Below are positions 39,767 to 51,321 of a stretch of 64,000 nt of DNA, piece by piece. Both the position numbers and the translations under genes were made by a program. The stretch lies in NCBI RefSeq assembly GCF_036321535.1, contig NC_087436.1:36086001-36150000 (forward strand), read 5' to 3'. Positions within the stretch are counted from its first letter, which is position 1. Each line of letters begins with the position of its first letter. The notes beneath the pieces are model-generated. The model had not been told where the DNA came from, did no database searches, and worked only from the letters and a program-made list of their open reading frames with translations. This stretch comes from Camelus dromedarius. Its lineage: Eukaryota.

Positions 39767-41449
39767 CTATTTGGTACCTGAAGTTAAAGCATACTCTTTT
39801 GGAGTGAATAAAAATCCTCTATCCACACGACCACATGAATATACTTGCCATACCCTGGAGAAACTACTGTTCCAAGCCTCCTAATTTCATCAAACTGACT
39901 TAAAATCAAACCTTTCTGAGGGTCCACTGACAACATGAATGCTAACTGAAAAATAAGGTTTCATAGAGTGGGTATCGGTTTTCATTACTTAAAAAAAAAT
40001 CTCTAATTTCATTACAAACTGAACATACTTGCAAGGCTTTTTATACTTGTATTCTGAGCTTTTCATTCTACACATTCTAAGTTGAGTGGGCTACTAGTAT
40101 TCAAAGGCTTGACCTGGGGAAACGGCACATCATCTGGCTCTCGAGGATTATGTTTCCACTCTGACCCACATGACAGCAATCAGCCATTTCTCCTTTCTGT
40201 TTCCAAGAATACATTGAGAACAGTAACACAGGTCTTATTCCTTAGGTGAACACACACCAACTGAAACGACCATTAGTGCTTTCAACTTTCAGCCAAAGAA
40301 GGGGCCCAGAATTCAGCCCTGTTACAAAAGCTGAAAATTAAGTGCTAATATCTGCATCCCTGCCCACCCACCCCGTCAGTCTCCACACTTGGTTAGCTGT
40401 CCCTCCTCTGATTCTTCCAGCACCCGATGCTGCCAGATACTAGCATTTATCATCATAACACTCATATATCTTACAATCTGACTTTCCTCTAAACTATATA
40501 CAGCTTTGGGGCAGGAACTGGATCATATTCATCTTTCTAACTGTAACGCCTATGAGTGCATCAAATACAGCAGCTGCGTAATAAATATCTGTGAACTGAA
40601 TGAATGTATGAGTACACAGTATTTATTTTTTCAGCACAAAATCCATGCAATACTTATGATGCTATCATAAACTTTATTATAAAATTTATTATAACCACAT
40701 ATACCATAATCACAAAGCTCTAACTAGTATTAGAGTTCTTTAGTAATCTGAAAAACAGATCTTTTGCAATTAAAAAGGAACTAAGTCAATGAAAGCAAAA
40801 CCATAAGGTATGTCTGATTTACATCATTCTCTGCTACTAAAAAATAACTTCTCAACACATTTATTTTCCCCCTGTCATCAGATAAACAAATCTAGAAAAA
40901 CAAAACATATCCAGGGCTAAGATTAACAGTACTGAGAATAAAATAAGCATTTTTATAACATGAGAGTCTGAAAAGAGATTCAACTTTCCTGTGAGCCCCA
41001 GGTCTCTTACACAATTTACTCTCATCAACAACAGCAGAGCGTCCTGCTTGGTAACCTATAATGCTCAGTTTCTGCCACTTCTTTCTTCCTAATGAATGAA
41101 ACCTCAGTGAATTACCCTTCTCTCTTGATAATTACCTTGCAGGTGTACTCAGTCCTTGACAAGATTCTACATTTTCTTCCTCTCTTCCCTCCATCCTATC
41201 CTGCACATTCACCATGCACCAAGATGTGACAAATCAGAGACTTATCTAAATACCTTCACTTCCTATCACCAATGGAGATCATGTTTAAATTCCCATCCAC
41301 TGACCTTATTTCCTAATACATTTCTATTGTACTCTCTGTTTCAGCATCCAAATCTACTCAAGCTGTCCTCCATACAACTGCCTTCACCAGTCCTCATTCC
41401 TCCAATACTTAAAAAAAAGTATCTCTACATCCACTTCCCCATTAACTGA

Positions 41450-44320
41450 ATTCACATTTATTGAGCATCTTATGTGCCAGATTAACTGAGATAGTAATTT
41501 CAAACAGCCACCCACCCTTCATCTGTTCATTCAGCAAACACTTACCATGTGCCCACTTTATAGGAGACACTATGATAGGCATGGGGGATACAAGGTGAAC
41601 AAAAGGAGACACAGTCCTTAGCCTCACAGAGTTTATAACTTAATAGGATGAGAGAGTTATTGAACAGTCACTAACTAACTGTGTAATTATAAACTAAGAT
41701 TAATGCAATGCAAGAATAACTAGAAGTGTTAGGAGAGTCTCTAATGAGGGGTCTGATCTAATTTGGAAGAATCAAAGACTGCTTCTCCAAGGAATAATGT
41801 TTCAATTCAGATCTGAAGGAAGAGTAAAATTAACTAAATGAAGGGGGGAAAAGACAATTCTCAGCAAAAGAAAATGGGATGTGCAGAGATCCTTGACAGA
41901 AGAGAGCACTGTGCATCTGAAGGAAAAAGTACAGGCAGAGTGGTGGGGGCAAGAAGGAGCCATACATGGAAGGTCAAGACCACCCAGAGCAGTGGGCTGT
42001 ATCAAGCTCCTGGTCTTTAATATGACAGCAACTGGAATCGAGTTAGTGGTGAAAAGCAGGGTCAAAAAGATTTTCATTTTAGAAGATCATTCTGCCTGCA
42101 GAGTGGAAAAGGAATTGGAATGAAGCAGCTGGTGCAGTAGTCCAGGTGAGGGAGGATGGTGTCTGAGATTAAGGCTGAAGCAGTGGGAACGGAGTGCAGA
42201 AGTGGAATGTGGGAAGTGTTCCGGTAGCAAACAGGACTTGGTGGTGGACTCGATAATGTGAGGTGTTATGAATGAATCTTAGGCTTCTGAATTTTACAAA
42301 GGGGAAAAACTGAACAGAGCTTGAGTTTGTTTTGTTGGAGGAAATACGAATTCATGAGGTCAGTCTTGAAGTACCTTTGAAAAATCCAAAAACAGAGGGA
42401 TAGCACAGTGCTGTACTCAAAGTGTGGGCCACAAATTAAGAAAGCAATCCCACTAACAATTGCATCAAATATAATAAAATACCTAGGAATAAATTTAGCC
42501 AAGGGGGTGAAAAACTATAAGACTCTGATGAAAGAAATTGAAAATGACACAAATAAATGGAAAGATATCCTCTGCTTATGGAGTGGAAGAATTAATATTG
42601 TTAATATCCATACTACCCAAAGCAATTCAACTCAACCCCTATCAAAATACCAATGGCATTTTTCAAAGAACTGGAACTAATAATCCTAAAATATGTATGG
42701 AACCATAAAAGACCCCAAATAGCCAAAGCAATCTTGAGAAAGAAAAGCAAAACTGGAGGTATACTGCAAAGTTATAGTAATTAACACATTATGGTACTGG
42801 CACAGAAACAGAAAGATCGATCAAACAGAATAGAGAGCCCAGAAATAGACGCACATCTCTATGGGTTCATCAACATCAATTAATTGATGATAAAGGAGTC
42901 AAGAATATGTAATGTGGAAAAGACAGCATCTTCAATAAATGGTGTTGGGAAAACTGTACAGCTACATGCGAAAGAATCAAATTGCATCACTTCCTTACAA
43001 CATGTACTGAAATAAACTTAAAATGGATTAAAGACTTAAATGTAAGATCTGAAGCCATAAAACTAGAAGAAAACACAGGCAGTAAATAAACTCTTTGAAG
43101 TTGGTACTAGCAATATTTTTTTGGATCTGTCTCCTGAGGCAAGGGCAACAAAAGCAAAAATTAATAAATGAGACTACATCAAATTAAAAAGCTTTTGCAC
43201 AGCAAAGGAAATCATCAACAAAATAAAAAGGCAGCACTGAATGAGAGAAGATATCTGCAAATGATATTTCTGATAAGGGGTTAATATCCAAAATATGTAA
43301 AGAACTTTTATATGTAAGTGTGTACATATTCTATACATGTGTAAAATATATATAAAATACTGGAATATTACTCAGCCATAAAAACAATGAAATATTTCCA
43401 TTAGGAACAATATGAATGGATCTAGAGAGTATTACACTAAGTGAAATGTCAAAGAAAGACAAACATCATATGATTTCACTTATATGTAGAATCAAAAAAC
43501 CAAAAATAAATAGAAACAAACTCATAGATACAAAGAACAAAGGGATAGTTGCCAGATGGGAGAAGGATGAGGGGGTTGGGTAAAACAGGTGAAGGGGATT
43601 AAGAGGTATAAACTTCCAGTTATAAAGTAAGTCACAGAGATGTAACGTACAGCGTAAGGAACAGAGTCAATAATACTGTAAAAACTTTGTACGGTGACAG
43701 ATGGTTACTAGACTTATCATGGTAACCACTTTGTAATGTATTTAAAAGTGAATCACTATGTTGTACACATGAAACTAATACAATATTGTTCATCAACTAC
43801 ATTTCAATTAAAAGAAAAAAAAGTGTGGTCCACGAACTATTTGTTAATGTTCACGAGGTGAGTACAAAGAATGAGAAAATGCATTTAGAAGCTTTTCACT
43901 GCCATTTGAGAGTAATTTTATACCTGTTAAATCTAAAATAGATTTCTATTTTTTAAACTTATTTTCCCAGTAATTTATTTTTACTGTACTTTACAACAGC
44001 CCTGATTTGTGACATGTCATAGATTTTACAATTTCTCTAGAGTTTGAGGAGCACTGGTCTAGAAGACAATTAAATCAAGACTTGTAAACAACATAAATTA
44101 CAAATACAAATAAAAAATAATAATGGTCCAAATGGGAAACTTTGGGCATTGGATGAACTTGCATAAGAAAGAAGATTTACAGAGAGAAAAAGAGGGTTTA
44201 GGACTAAGAATTAAGGAACTTCTACATTTGACAGGTAACAGAGGGTGAGCTTGCAAAGGAAACTGATGAAGTACCAACAAAAAGAGGGAAATAAACTAAG
44301 AAAATTTGATGACATATAAA
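41450..44320 (-). mobile_element. L2 remnant interrupted by a hAT MITE and an L1
   Basis: cattcagcaaacactta...acacagtccttagcctcacagagtttata L2 3' end; purine-rich L2 body to ~42400, resuming after ~44060. Confidence 0.65.
42433..43819 (+). mobile_element. 5'-truncated, internally deleted L1 with 14-bp TSD
   Basis: ORF 42408..42680 includes an L1 ORF2 fragment (IKYLGINL); TSD aaagtgtgggccac 42419-42432 and aaagtgtggtccac 43820-43833. Confidence 0.88.
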
Positions 44321-44763
44321 AAGATTAAATGAGATACGTTTGTGACATAATCAATCTCCTGCTCACACCCGTGTGCAATTAAGAGCAGTTATTAACTACT
44401 AGAACCTGTGTAGTAGGGAAAAGGCCACCTTTCATTCTTAAAGGCACACTGATGTCTCTTAAGAAAGAACGCATCCACATCGTTACCAAACTGGGAATTT
44501 AGTTTTTTAGTATATGTTTACTATACTCGGTAGAAATGAGTGGTTTTGCAGTTAAATATGCCGTTAATCTTAAATACAGCAACGTCGTTTCAAGTACAAC
44601 TTAGAAATTCAAAGAAATTTACAAAAGAGCCAGCTGGACTTAGCCACGGAGAAGTCATTCCTGCCTAACTTCTCCAGAGCAAGCGTGGCTTGGGGTGTCT
44701 TACACACTTCTGTGCCGCTTTCACACCTCGGCCTCGCCCAACTTTTAAAAACCTCTGCACCTC

Positions 44764-44932
44764 TGTATAGCACGGAAATACATACAAGATCTTATAGTAG
44801 CTTACGGTGAAAAAGAATGAGACAATGAATATATGTATGTTCACGTATGACTGGAAAACTGTGCTCCACACTGGAAATTGACACAACATAGTAAACTGAC
44901 TATAACTCAATAAAATAAAATTTAAAACAAAC
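44764..44932 (+). mobile_element. 169-bp L1 3'-tail insertion with perfect 16-bp TSD
   Basis: aaaacctctgcacctc at 44748-44763 and 44933-44948; body aligns to the L1 3'UTR at 2374-2530. Confidence 0.93.
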
Positions 44933-45024
44933 AAAACCTCTGCACCTCAAGGCAGAATCGCTAGGTTTTCGTCCCCTCAGGCTGCGCGCCCTCGGCCTCG
45001 AGTCTCCCCCTTAGAACTCTTTAC

Positions 45025-45172
45025 CCTTTTCTAAGAAGTTGATCACCACCAGAGTTCCGGCCGCAACGGCAGGAGAAGCCTTGGACCCCGCAAGTACGGA
45101 AGCAGCGGAGGGCGAGGGCGAACCGCTCTCGGCGCTTTGGTTCTGCCGTTTTCTGTTCTTCTTGGAAGACAT
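45025..45172 (-). CDS. SPATA5: SPATA5/AFG2A coding exon 1 (start codon)
   Basis: ATG at 45172 reads MSSKKNRKRQNQSAESGSPSPSAAS...TLVVINFLEK, matching the SPATA5 N-terminus. Donor G|GTAAAG, phase 1; lies in the CpG island. Confidence 0.95.
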
Positions 45173-45726
45173 GATCGGAAGGCAGCCCCAAGAGAAGCAG
45201 CGGTAAAGCCGGCTCAACGTGCACGCTTCTCTGAGAGAAAAACTTCCGGGGCAGAAGGCAGCGAGGCTCCGTCCCGCGCCGTAATCCCTTGAGTGGAGCG
45301 CAATAGAAGCGGGCGAACTGAGCGTCTTCAGAATCCGCCGTCATTGATTTCTGCCATGGAAGAAGGCTTAGGTGGACAGACCGTCATCTAGATTGTAAAT
45401 TCCTGAAAAACAGGACTTTTTCCAATCTCTGCCGCCCTCCTCATCCCTGAACAAACGTCTGTTGAATTAAACCGGGTGGGGGGAGGGGAGTCGTGGGAAA
45501 GTTTCTCCCCTCTTTCCTGGAGCCGGGCAAATTCCTGAGAGGAGCCAGTCGGCAAGACTCAGCCGTCTCCTCTGCCTAGCGCTGCAAAGTGGTAACCGTG
45601 GCTCAACTCTGATAAGGGTTGGGTGGTACTCTTCTAAAACTTACGGTAGCGTCCTCTGTTCCAGGGCGCACGGCGTAGGTACTTAAGAGGCTCGCGGTGC
45701 GTGGGGCCACGACGGCGGGCGTGGAG

Positions 45727-45964
45727 ATGCAGCCGTCGCGAAGCGGGAGCTACTGGCGCGCGGTGCTGGCCCGGGCCCGCCGCGCGGTGCTCTTATCGGG
45801 ACCCCGCTGGGCCTCGGACGGCTCGGGTTACGCGCAGGATCCCCTGGCCGGAGCCGGCGAGCTGCCGGGAGAGCTGGACAGATTCGGGGGCGTCTCGGTG
45901 CGCCTGGCGCGGCTGGACACGCTGGACCGCCTGGACCCCGCCGCCTTCAAGAGGGCCTTGCAGG
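45727..45964 (+). CDS. NUDT6: NUDT6 coding exon 1 (Arg-rich mitochondrial-presequence-like N-terminus)
   Basis: ATG 45727; [30 protein letters not shown]...[34 protein letters not shown] matches NUDT6; ends at CAG G|GCAAGT (GC donor), phase 1. Confidence 0.92.
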
Positions 45965-46159
45965 GCAAGTGCGGCTGGACCGAGGCTCCCCGGGCTCCTG
46001 AGCCTTTCTGTTGAAGTAACCGTGGCCCCCACCCCCGAGTCGCGCCCTAAACCCGTCAACTACCGAGTCCAGAGGGAAGGGGAGAGGGCACGCGCGACCC
46101 GCACGCGTTTTGTGCCTTCGCTTTTGTGCTTTTTACTGGGAGGTCTCTGAGGTGGTTGG

Positions 46160-46390
46160 GTGAAATGGTGACGAGCTCAAGCTTTGGGGTCGGCAGCCCT
46201 CGTTTCTGGTACTCTTTCTAGTGTGGCCTTGGGCAAGTTGTGTAAACCAGCATTTTTCTCATCCGTAAAACCAGGTAATAGGAACTAGCGGAATTGCTAA
46301 GGGATAAGTTGTATAAGGCGTATAAAAGTGCCTAGGACGGTATCTGCTATATATTTAACGCTTAGTATATGTTTGTTAATAGCATATTAT
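46160..46390 (+). mobile_element. MIR at the edge of the CpG island
   Basis: ctagtgtggccttgggcaagtt...tttctcatccgtaaaa MIR core. Confidence 0.65.
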
Positions 46391-49300
46391 AATTTACTAT
46401 CATTTACTAAGCCTTGGTTCTGCTGGGCACTTTGCAAAAGACAGAACTATCTCACTTTCTAATACAGGTGGTGGGCAGTGGGTGGGCCAGAGGTTCTGAG
46501 TGGTCGTTATTTGTACGCAAGTCGGGTCAGGAGCTGTGGCGCTGAGAACTGGAGAGTTTGCTTCTATTTAGAGACCAGCAAGCATTTTATGATTAACCAG
46601 GGAGATTGGTGAGTGGTTTCAGTCTTCAATAGGAAAACTCACTCCTCTATTTGAACCTTGAGCCCAATGATAAGAAAGTAAGCCTGGAAGGAGGAGCCTT
46701 CACTTTGAGAGCCTTTGATTTGGTGGAACAGCCTGTTTTTCAAACTGGCCTTGAGAGTCCTTATAACCAAATTCAAGGTAGAGCATGGAATTTAGCCATG
46801 GAAAGATCCTCTCACACTAACAGGAAACTTCAAATAATCTTTATCCTATGGAGCAATGTGGCAAGTGAGCATCTGTGGAAATATAATTCAGCTAGTTATT
46901 TCAATCTTTAATTATCCGTATTTCTAAGCTAATTACTTCTTCACGTTATTTTCTCTCCTACGTGTGAACAATTGCTAACTTTAGCAGTATTACCAGTAAG
47001 CGAATCAAATCAATGTTCAGCCTCTAATATGTGTATATATGTGTGGGTAGACGCGGGTATTTATTGCACACTTGTCACTTGTTAATGGATCAAACAGGTT
47101 ATCAAAACACTACCTAAGTCAAGAAGGCAAAGCAGAAAGTGGGTTGGGCTTGGAATCTCCCAGGTTCTGCCACATGGTTAGCCAGGCATTAGGCAAATCA
47201 CTGAAAATATTTGCCTCAGGTTGCTTATGTGAATAATGCCAGCTCTAATTACTTCACTGGATGGATGTGATCAGGCATAAATTACATGAAACTAGTTTAT
47301 AAACTCTGAAATACCATATACTTTTTTTTATCTTCTTAAATTATTTTGCACTAAGTGCTAGACACTGTTTTAAGAACTTCACAAATATTGACTCATTTAA
47401 TCCTCATAACAGCCTGTGAGATAGGTACTAATATTATCCTCATTTCAAAGATGATGGTACTAAGAGACAGATTAACTTCCCCTGGTTCTGGAAGCTGTTC
47501 TTACTGCACTAAAAGAGCTATTGCTAATTTTTTTGTTACTGAGTCAAACAAAACTGAATGGTATCACCAATAAAAAGAAACTGAAAAAGTCTGAGAAGAA
47601 AGTCAAATAGAAAGTCTAAATCTTTCTTTTTAAGTAATTGTACTGATGTATTAGCAATAGTTGTTATGCACCTTTATATGTGAAGTCTATTCTTTTACTG
47701 TTTCTGTAACTAATAACTAAAGTTAGATGAACAGGCAATATGTGGTTCAGCTTCACATATCTGCATAAAGAGTAGTCCTTAGGTTCACATATGGAGAGCA
47801 GGTGAAGAAAGGTCAGAGAGGTGGTGTGTGAGCTCACCTTGAGAGATAAGAGATGAGGGATGGAGGAGGAAAAAGCATTGAAGTTTATTAGAGAAAAAGA
47901 GAAAAAAAGGATTTAAAAAATGATTCTTAAACTTCAGGCATTGGAGCCAGAAATATGCCTGTAAATAAAACTAATTTGGGGTGGATGGTGTAGGAGTCAG
48001 TTTTGAACATGGGTGTGAAGTTTGATGTAGCAGCCTTCAGGAAATGTATGAGATGAGAGCAGCTGGAAAGCAGAAAACTTCAGTGTTCAGTAAGGTCAGG
48101 ACCGGGCAACTGTCCTTGTATAGTTGTTGGCTGAAGCAGTGGAAGTGGATGGATTCTCCAAGTCAGAGTGTAAAGATTAAAAATAGTGAACAAGTGACCG
48201 TACATTCAGAACCTCAGCTTTTTCATTTGATTGGAATGATTGGGGAAGGAGTACGTGGGAACTTTCTGGGGTGACAGAAATGTTCTACAGTCTCGACTGT
48301 GGGTTACACAGGTATCTGCATGTGTCAGAACTCATCAAATGTTCACTTAAGATTTGTTCCTTTCACTTTATGTAATTCTGTGTTAATTTCAAAAAGATTT
48401 AATTAGAGAAAGATGGAGGTGAGAGGATCTGAGGGAGACACCATAGTCCCAAATCAAGAAGTCTGTTAAGCTAAGGCTCTGGAGTTGTCTGTCAGTGTGT
48501 TAGGCGCACTAACTTTCAGAGAGGTAGGGAACAGGGAAAGTTACTGCAGAGGCTGTAGAAGAGAAAGGAAAGGAATCTACCCATTAAATAATCAAGTCTT
48601 TCCCTCTCCACGTGTACTTTACAGGATTATTGTAAAGATTAAGTGAGATGGTGGATAAAAAAAGTACTCTGAAAAGTTTTTCTAAAACTGTGAAGCATTT
48701 ATTTCTTCACCTATAAATTAAGGGTGATAATACCTGCTTTTCATGTTGTGAGAACTTAGTGAAGTGTATCTAAAGTGTCTGGAATATAGTAAGGAACAGA
48801 TAAATGTTAGCATCTTTTTTCCCTGGCTCAATCTTAAGTAATTAAGTAAGAGAATTTAAAGTCAAAGACAGAAAGACTATCTTCATGTTCATCGTGGTAT
48901 TTATTCTAAAGAAAAATTAGAAACAATCTAAATACATAAGAGTAGGTTGGTTAAGTAGCTTATGGTATACCTATATAAGGAAAATTATGCAGTCATTAAG
49001 AATGTTCATTTAAGAATTTTAATGACATAGCAAAATATTTACAATATAATATGTAGTTTAAAAATATACTGTAAATTACTTTGTAACAGTATAATCATAT
49101 GATGTCAATTCCAAAATTCATGGGAAAATATCAAAATTTTAAATTTTATCAGTGTGCTAATGTGAATTTTTAATTTCTTTATACTTTATTTTCAAAATTT
49201 TCTAGAACTACCATACATTATTTTAAAAACAAATTTATACTTTTAACCACCTTGAAATGTATAAACAAAAAATATGTGTGTATATATATAGAGAGAGAGA

Positions 49301-49761
49301 TGTAACAGGACTCCTAAAGGAAGAGTAAATAGAAGCCCATAATGGTCATTTACAAAGGTTAAAACTACAGTTGTTGAACAGCACTGAAATGGTATTTTAT
49401 TTAAATCAGTTTATTTCTTCATTGTGCAATTATTGAGCACCAATTATGTACCAAGTATTGTCAGATGATATGAATATAAAGATCATCACATTAGCCTGGT
49501 AGAAAAATCATATAAACAGGGTAGTAATTATCATAGAACATTTAAATGTAATAAAACAGTTCCCATGCTGCGGATGTATGTGAACAGGACATTTTGGGAC
49601 TCCCCTCCCCCCGCCAAAGAGAGCTAACTAGTGTAACTAGTGAGGGACGTGGAGCTTAAACATGGCTTCCTGGAGAGGGGACAGCCAGAGATGAGTTTTA
49701 ATTTACTCCACTCCTGTCACTGGAAAATATTTACAGGTTTATTTTTTCCTCTCCGTTTTAG

Positions 49762-49965
49762 CTGCAGTACAGAAATGGAGATCAGAAGGTAGAGTAGCCA
49801 TATGGTTGCACATTCCCATCCTCCAAAGCCGCTTTATTGCCCCTGCCGCTTCCCTGGGCTTCTGCTTTCACCACGCAGAATCGGATGCTTCCACGCTGAC
49901 CCTGTGGCTGGGAGAGGGGCCCAGCAGATTACCAGGATACGCGACACATCAAGTGGGAGTTGCAG
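49762..49965 (+). CDS. NUDT6: NUDT6 exon 2
   Basis: ttttag|CT GCA GTA...GTT GCA G|gtcagt; encodes (A)[67 protein letters not shown]; 204 nt. Confidence 0.95.
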
Positions 49966-50496
49966 GTCAGTTTCAAACTAATGATGATCAAAATTAACTT
50001 TTTAGAGGGTTACCCAATTTCTTACAGCTGAGTGATAGTTTATTCACGTGGAATTAATAATTTGATTAAATGATTATCGTCCTTGGAACTATAGCTTAGC
50101 CTTTAATTAAATGAAGTTTGCCTTATGATTCAGCAGAGGGCAGCCTAGAGAACAAGCAAGTTTAGTGTGTGGTTTTCCAAAGGATATATTTGAACATGTT
50201 TTACCCAAGATATTTGAACTTCACTACTGACATAGTTATACTAAATTAATTCATTTCATTATGGTAAAACATATTAATACTAATTATGTGAATTAGTAAA
50301 ATAAAAGATAGCATTTAAGTTGAATTTTAGGTAAAGCAAACCAGTTTTTCAGTGATTTTGAACATCTTAAAGATATCTACACTAAGTCAGTGTGCCAAAC
50401 AGTTGTTTAAAATAGCATAGTTTAAATACAGAATTTTGAAGTCACTGATTAGCTTCAGAAACATAGTCTTGAGAGAATACTTGCTTTAGGTTAAGA

Positions 50497-50685
50497 CAAT
50501 TCTCAAATTGTAGAGTGCATCAGAATCACCTGGAGGGCTTGTTAAACCAGATTGCTGTGCCTCGGTCCCAAAAGTTTCTAATTGAGTTGGTCTGGGGAGG
50601 GGCTCGAGAATTGTGCTTCTAATAAGTTCTCTGCTGCTGCAGCTGTTAATATGCTGGCCCTAGAATTACCCTTTGAGAAGCAAGG
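50497..50685. mobile_element. MER5-like hAT MITE
   Basis: gcatcagaatcacctggagggcttgttaaaccagattgctg...ctttgagaag. Confidence 0.75.
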
Positions 50686-51321
50686 TGAAGAAAACTTCTA
50701 GATTTTCCAGAAAAACAAAAATAGAAAAGAACCCTTATAATTTAAAATAAATTAAAGCAGTAGTGTGTATTAATTAGTAATAATATTATTTGTCTTTATG
50801 TAATTTACAAGAGGTTTTTAAAGGTAGTTTGCATCTTAGAAGTCTTTTAAAGGTGTTGTTAAAGGATCTCTGATGTTTTCTCTGTCCATGCTCTGGCGCC
50901 CCTATAGCAATTCGTAAACTTTCCATTCACCTCTACTTCAAAAGACTGCTTAATAGTTTGATGACAGCCAAGCACTTTGTTGGAAAGTCATATAGATAAT
51001 TATCAATTCATTGGTACAGCCTTCCAAATAAGAGTTTCCAGCTGTTCCTACAGATTTGGTAATATATGCATAAACAGTGTCCTGTGAAGGATTTGTTTAT
51101 AACTAAGTGCTGTATTATATATTATAGTTAAGATACGCTGTAGGAATTCAGAGAATGAGAGATATAGAACTTGACCAGAGTCTGTAAGACTACCTAGGAT
51201 TTCAAGTCCTATTGGGGTAGAAAGATAATGTAACAAATTGTCCTGGAAAGGTACACAGTTTTTTAGGTGAAGAAATAATAGTTGACATTTGTTATAAGCA
51301 ACAGAAGGCAGGTGTAGCTGG

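Larger units (their letters stand above)
44960..46200. promoter_or_regulatory. CpG island and bidirectional promoter shared by SPATA5 and NUDT6
   Basis: Only CpG-dense segment in the window; the divergent start codons (45172 and 45727) are separated by 554 nt; ETS/GABPA-type ACTTCCGG at 45242-45249; G-rich SP/KLF/MAZ-like tract at 45474-45497. Confidence 0.88.

Noticed and set aside
45021..45344. 107-aa minus-strand ORF overlapping the SPATA5 start out of frame (possible uORF)
   Set aside because: Long ORFs are expected in CpG islands, the protein is unrecognisable, and the ATG may lie upstream of the TSS; no support without CAGE or Ribo-seq.
45697..46150. GTG-initiated NUDT6 extension and alternative-frame ORFs (149 aa +, 88 aa -)
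   Set aside because: GC-rich shadow ORFs with non-ATG or poor-context starts; the ATG at 45727 matches the known NUDT6 start.
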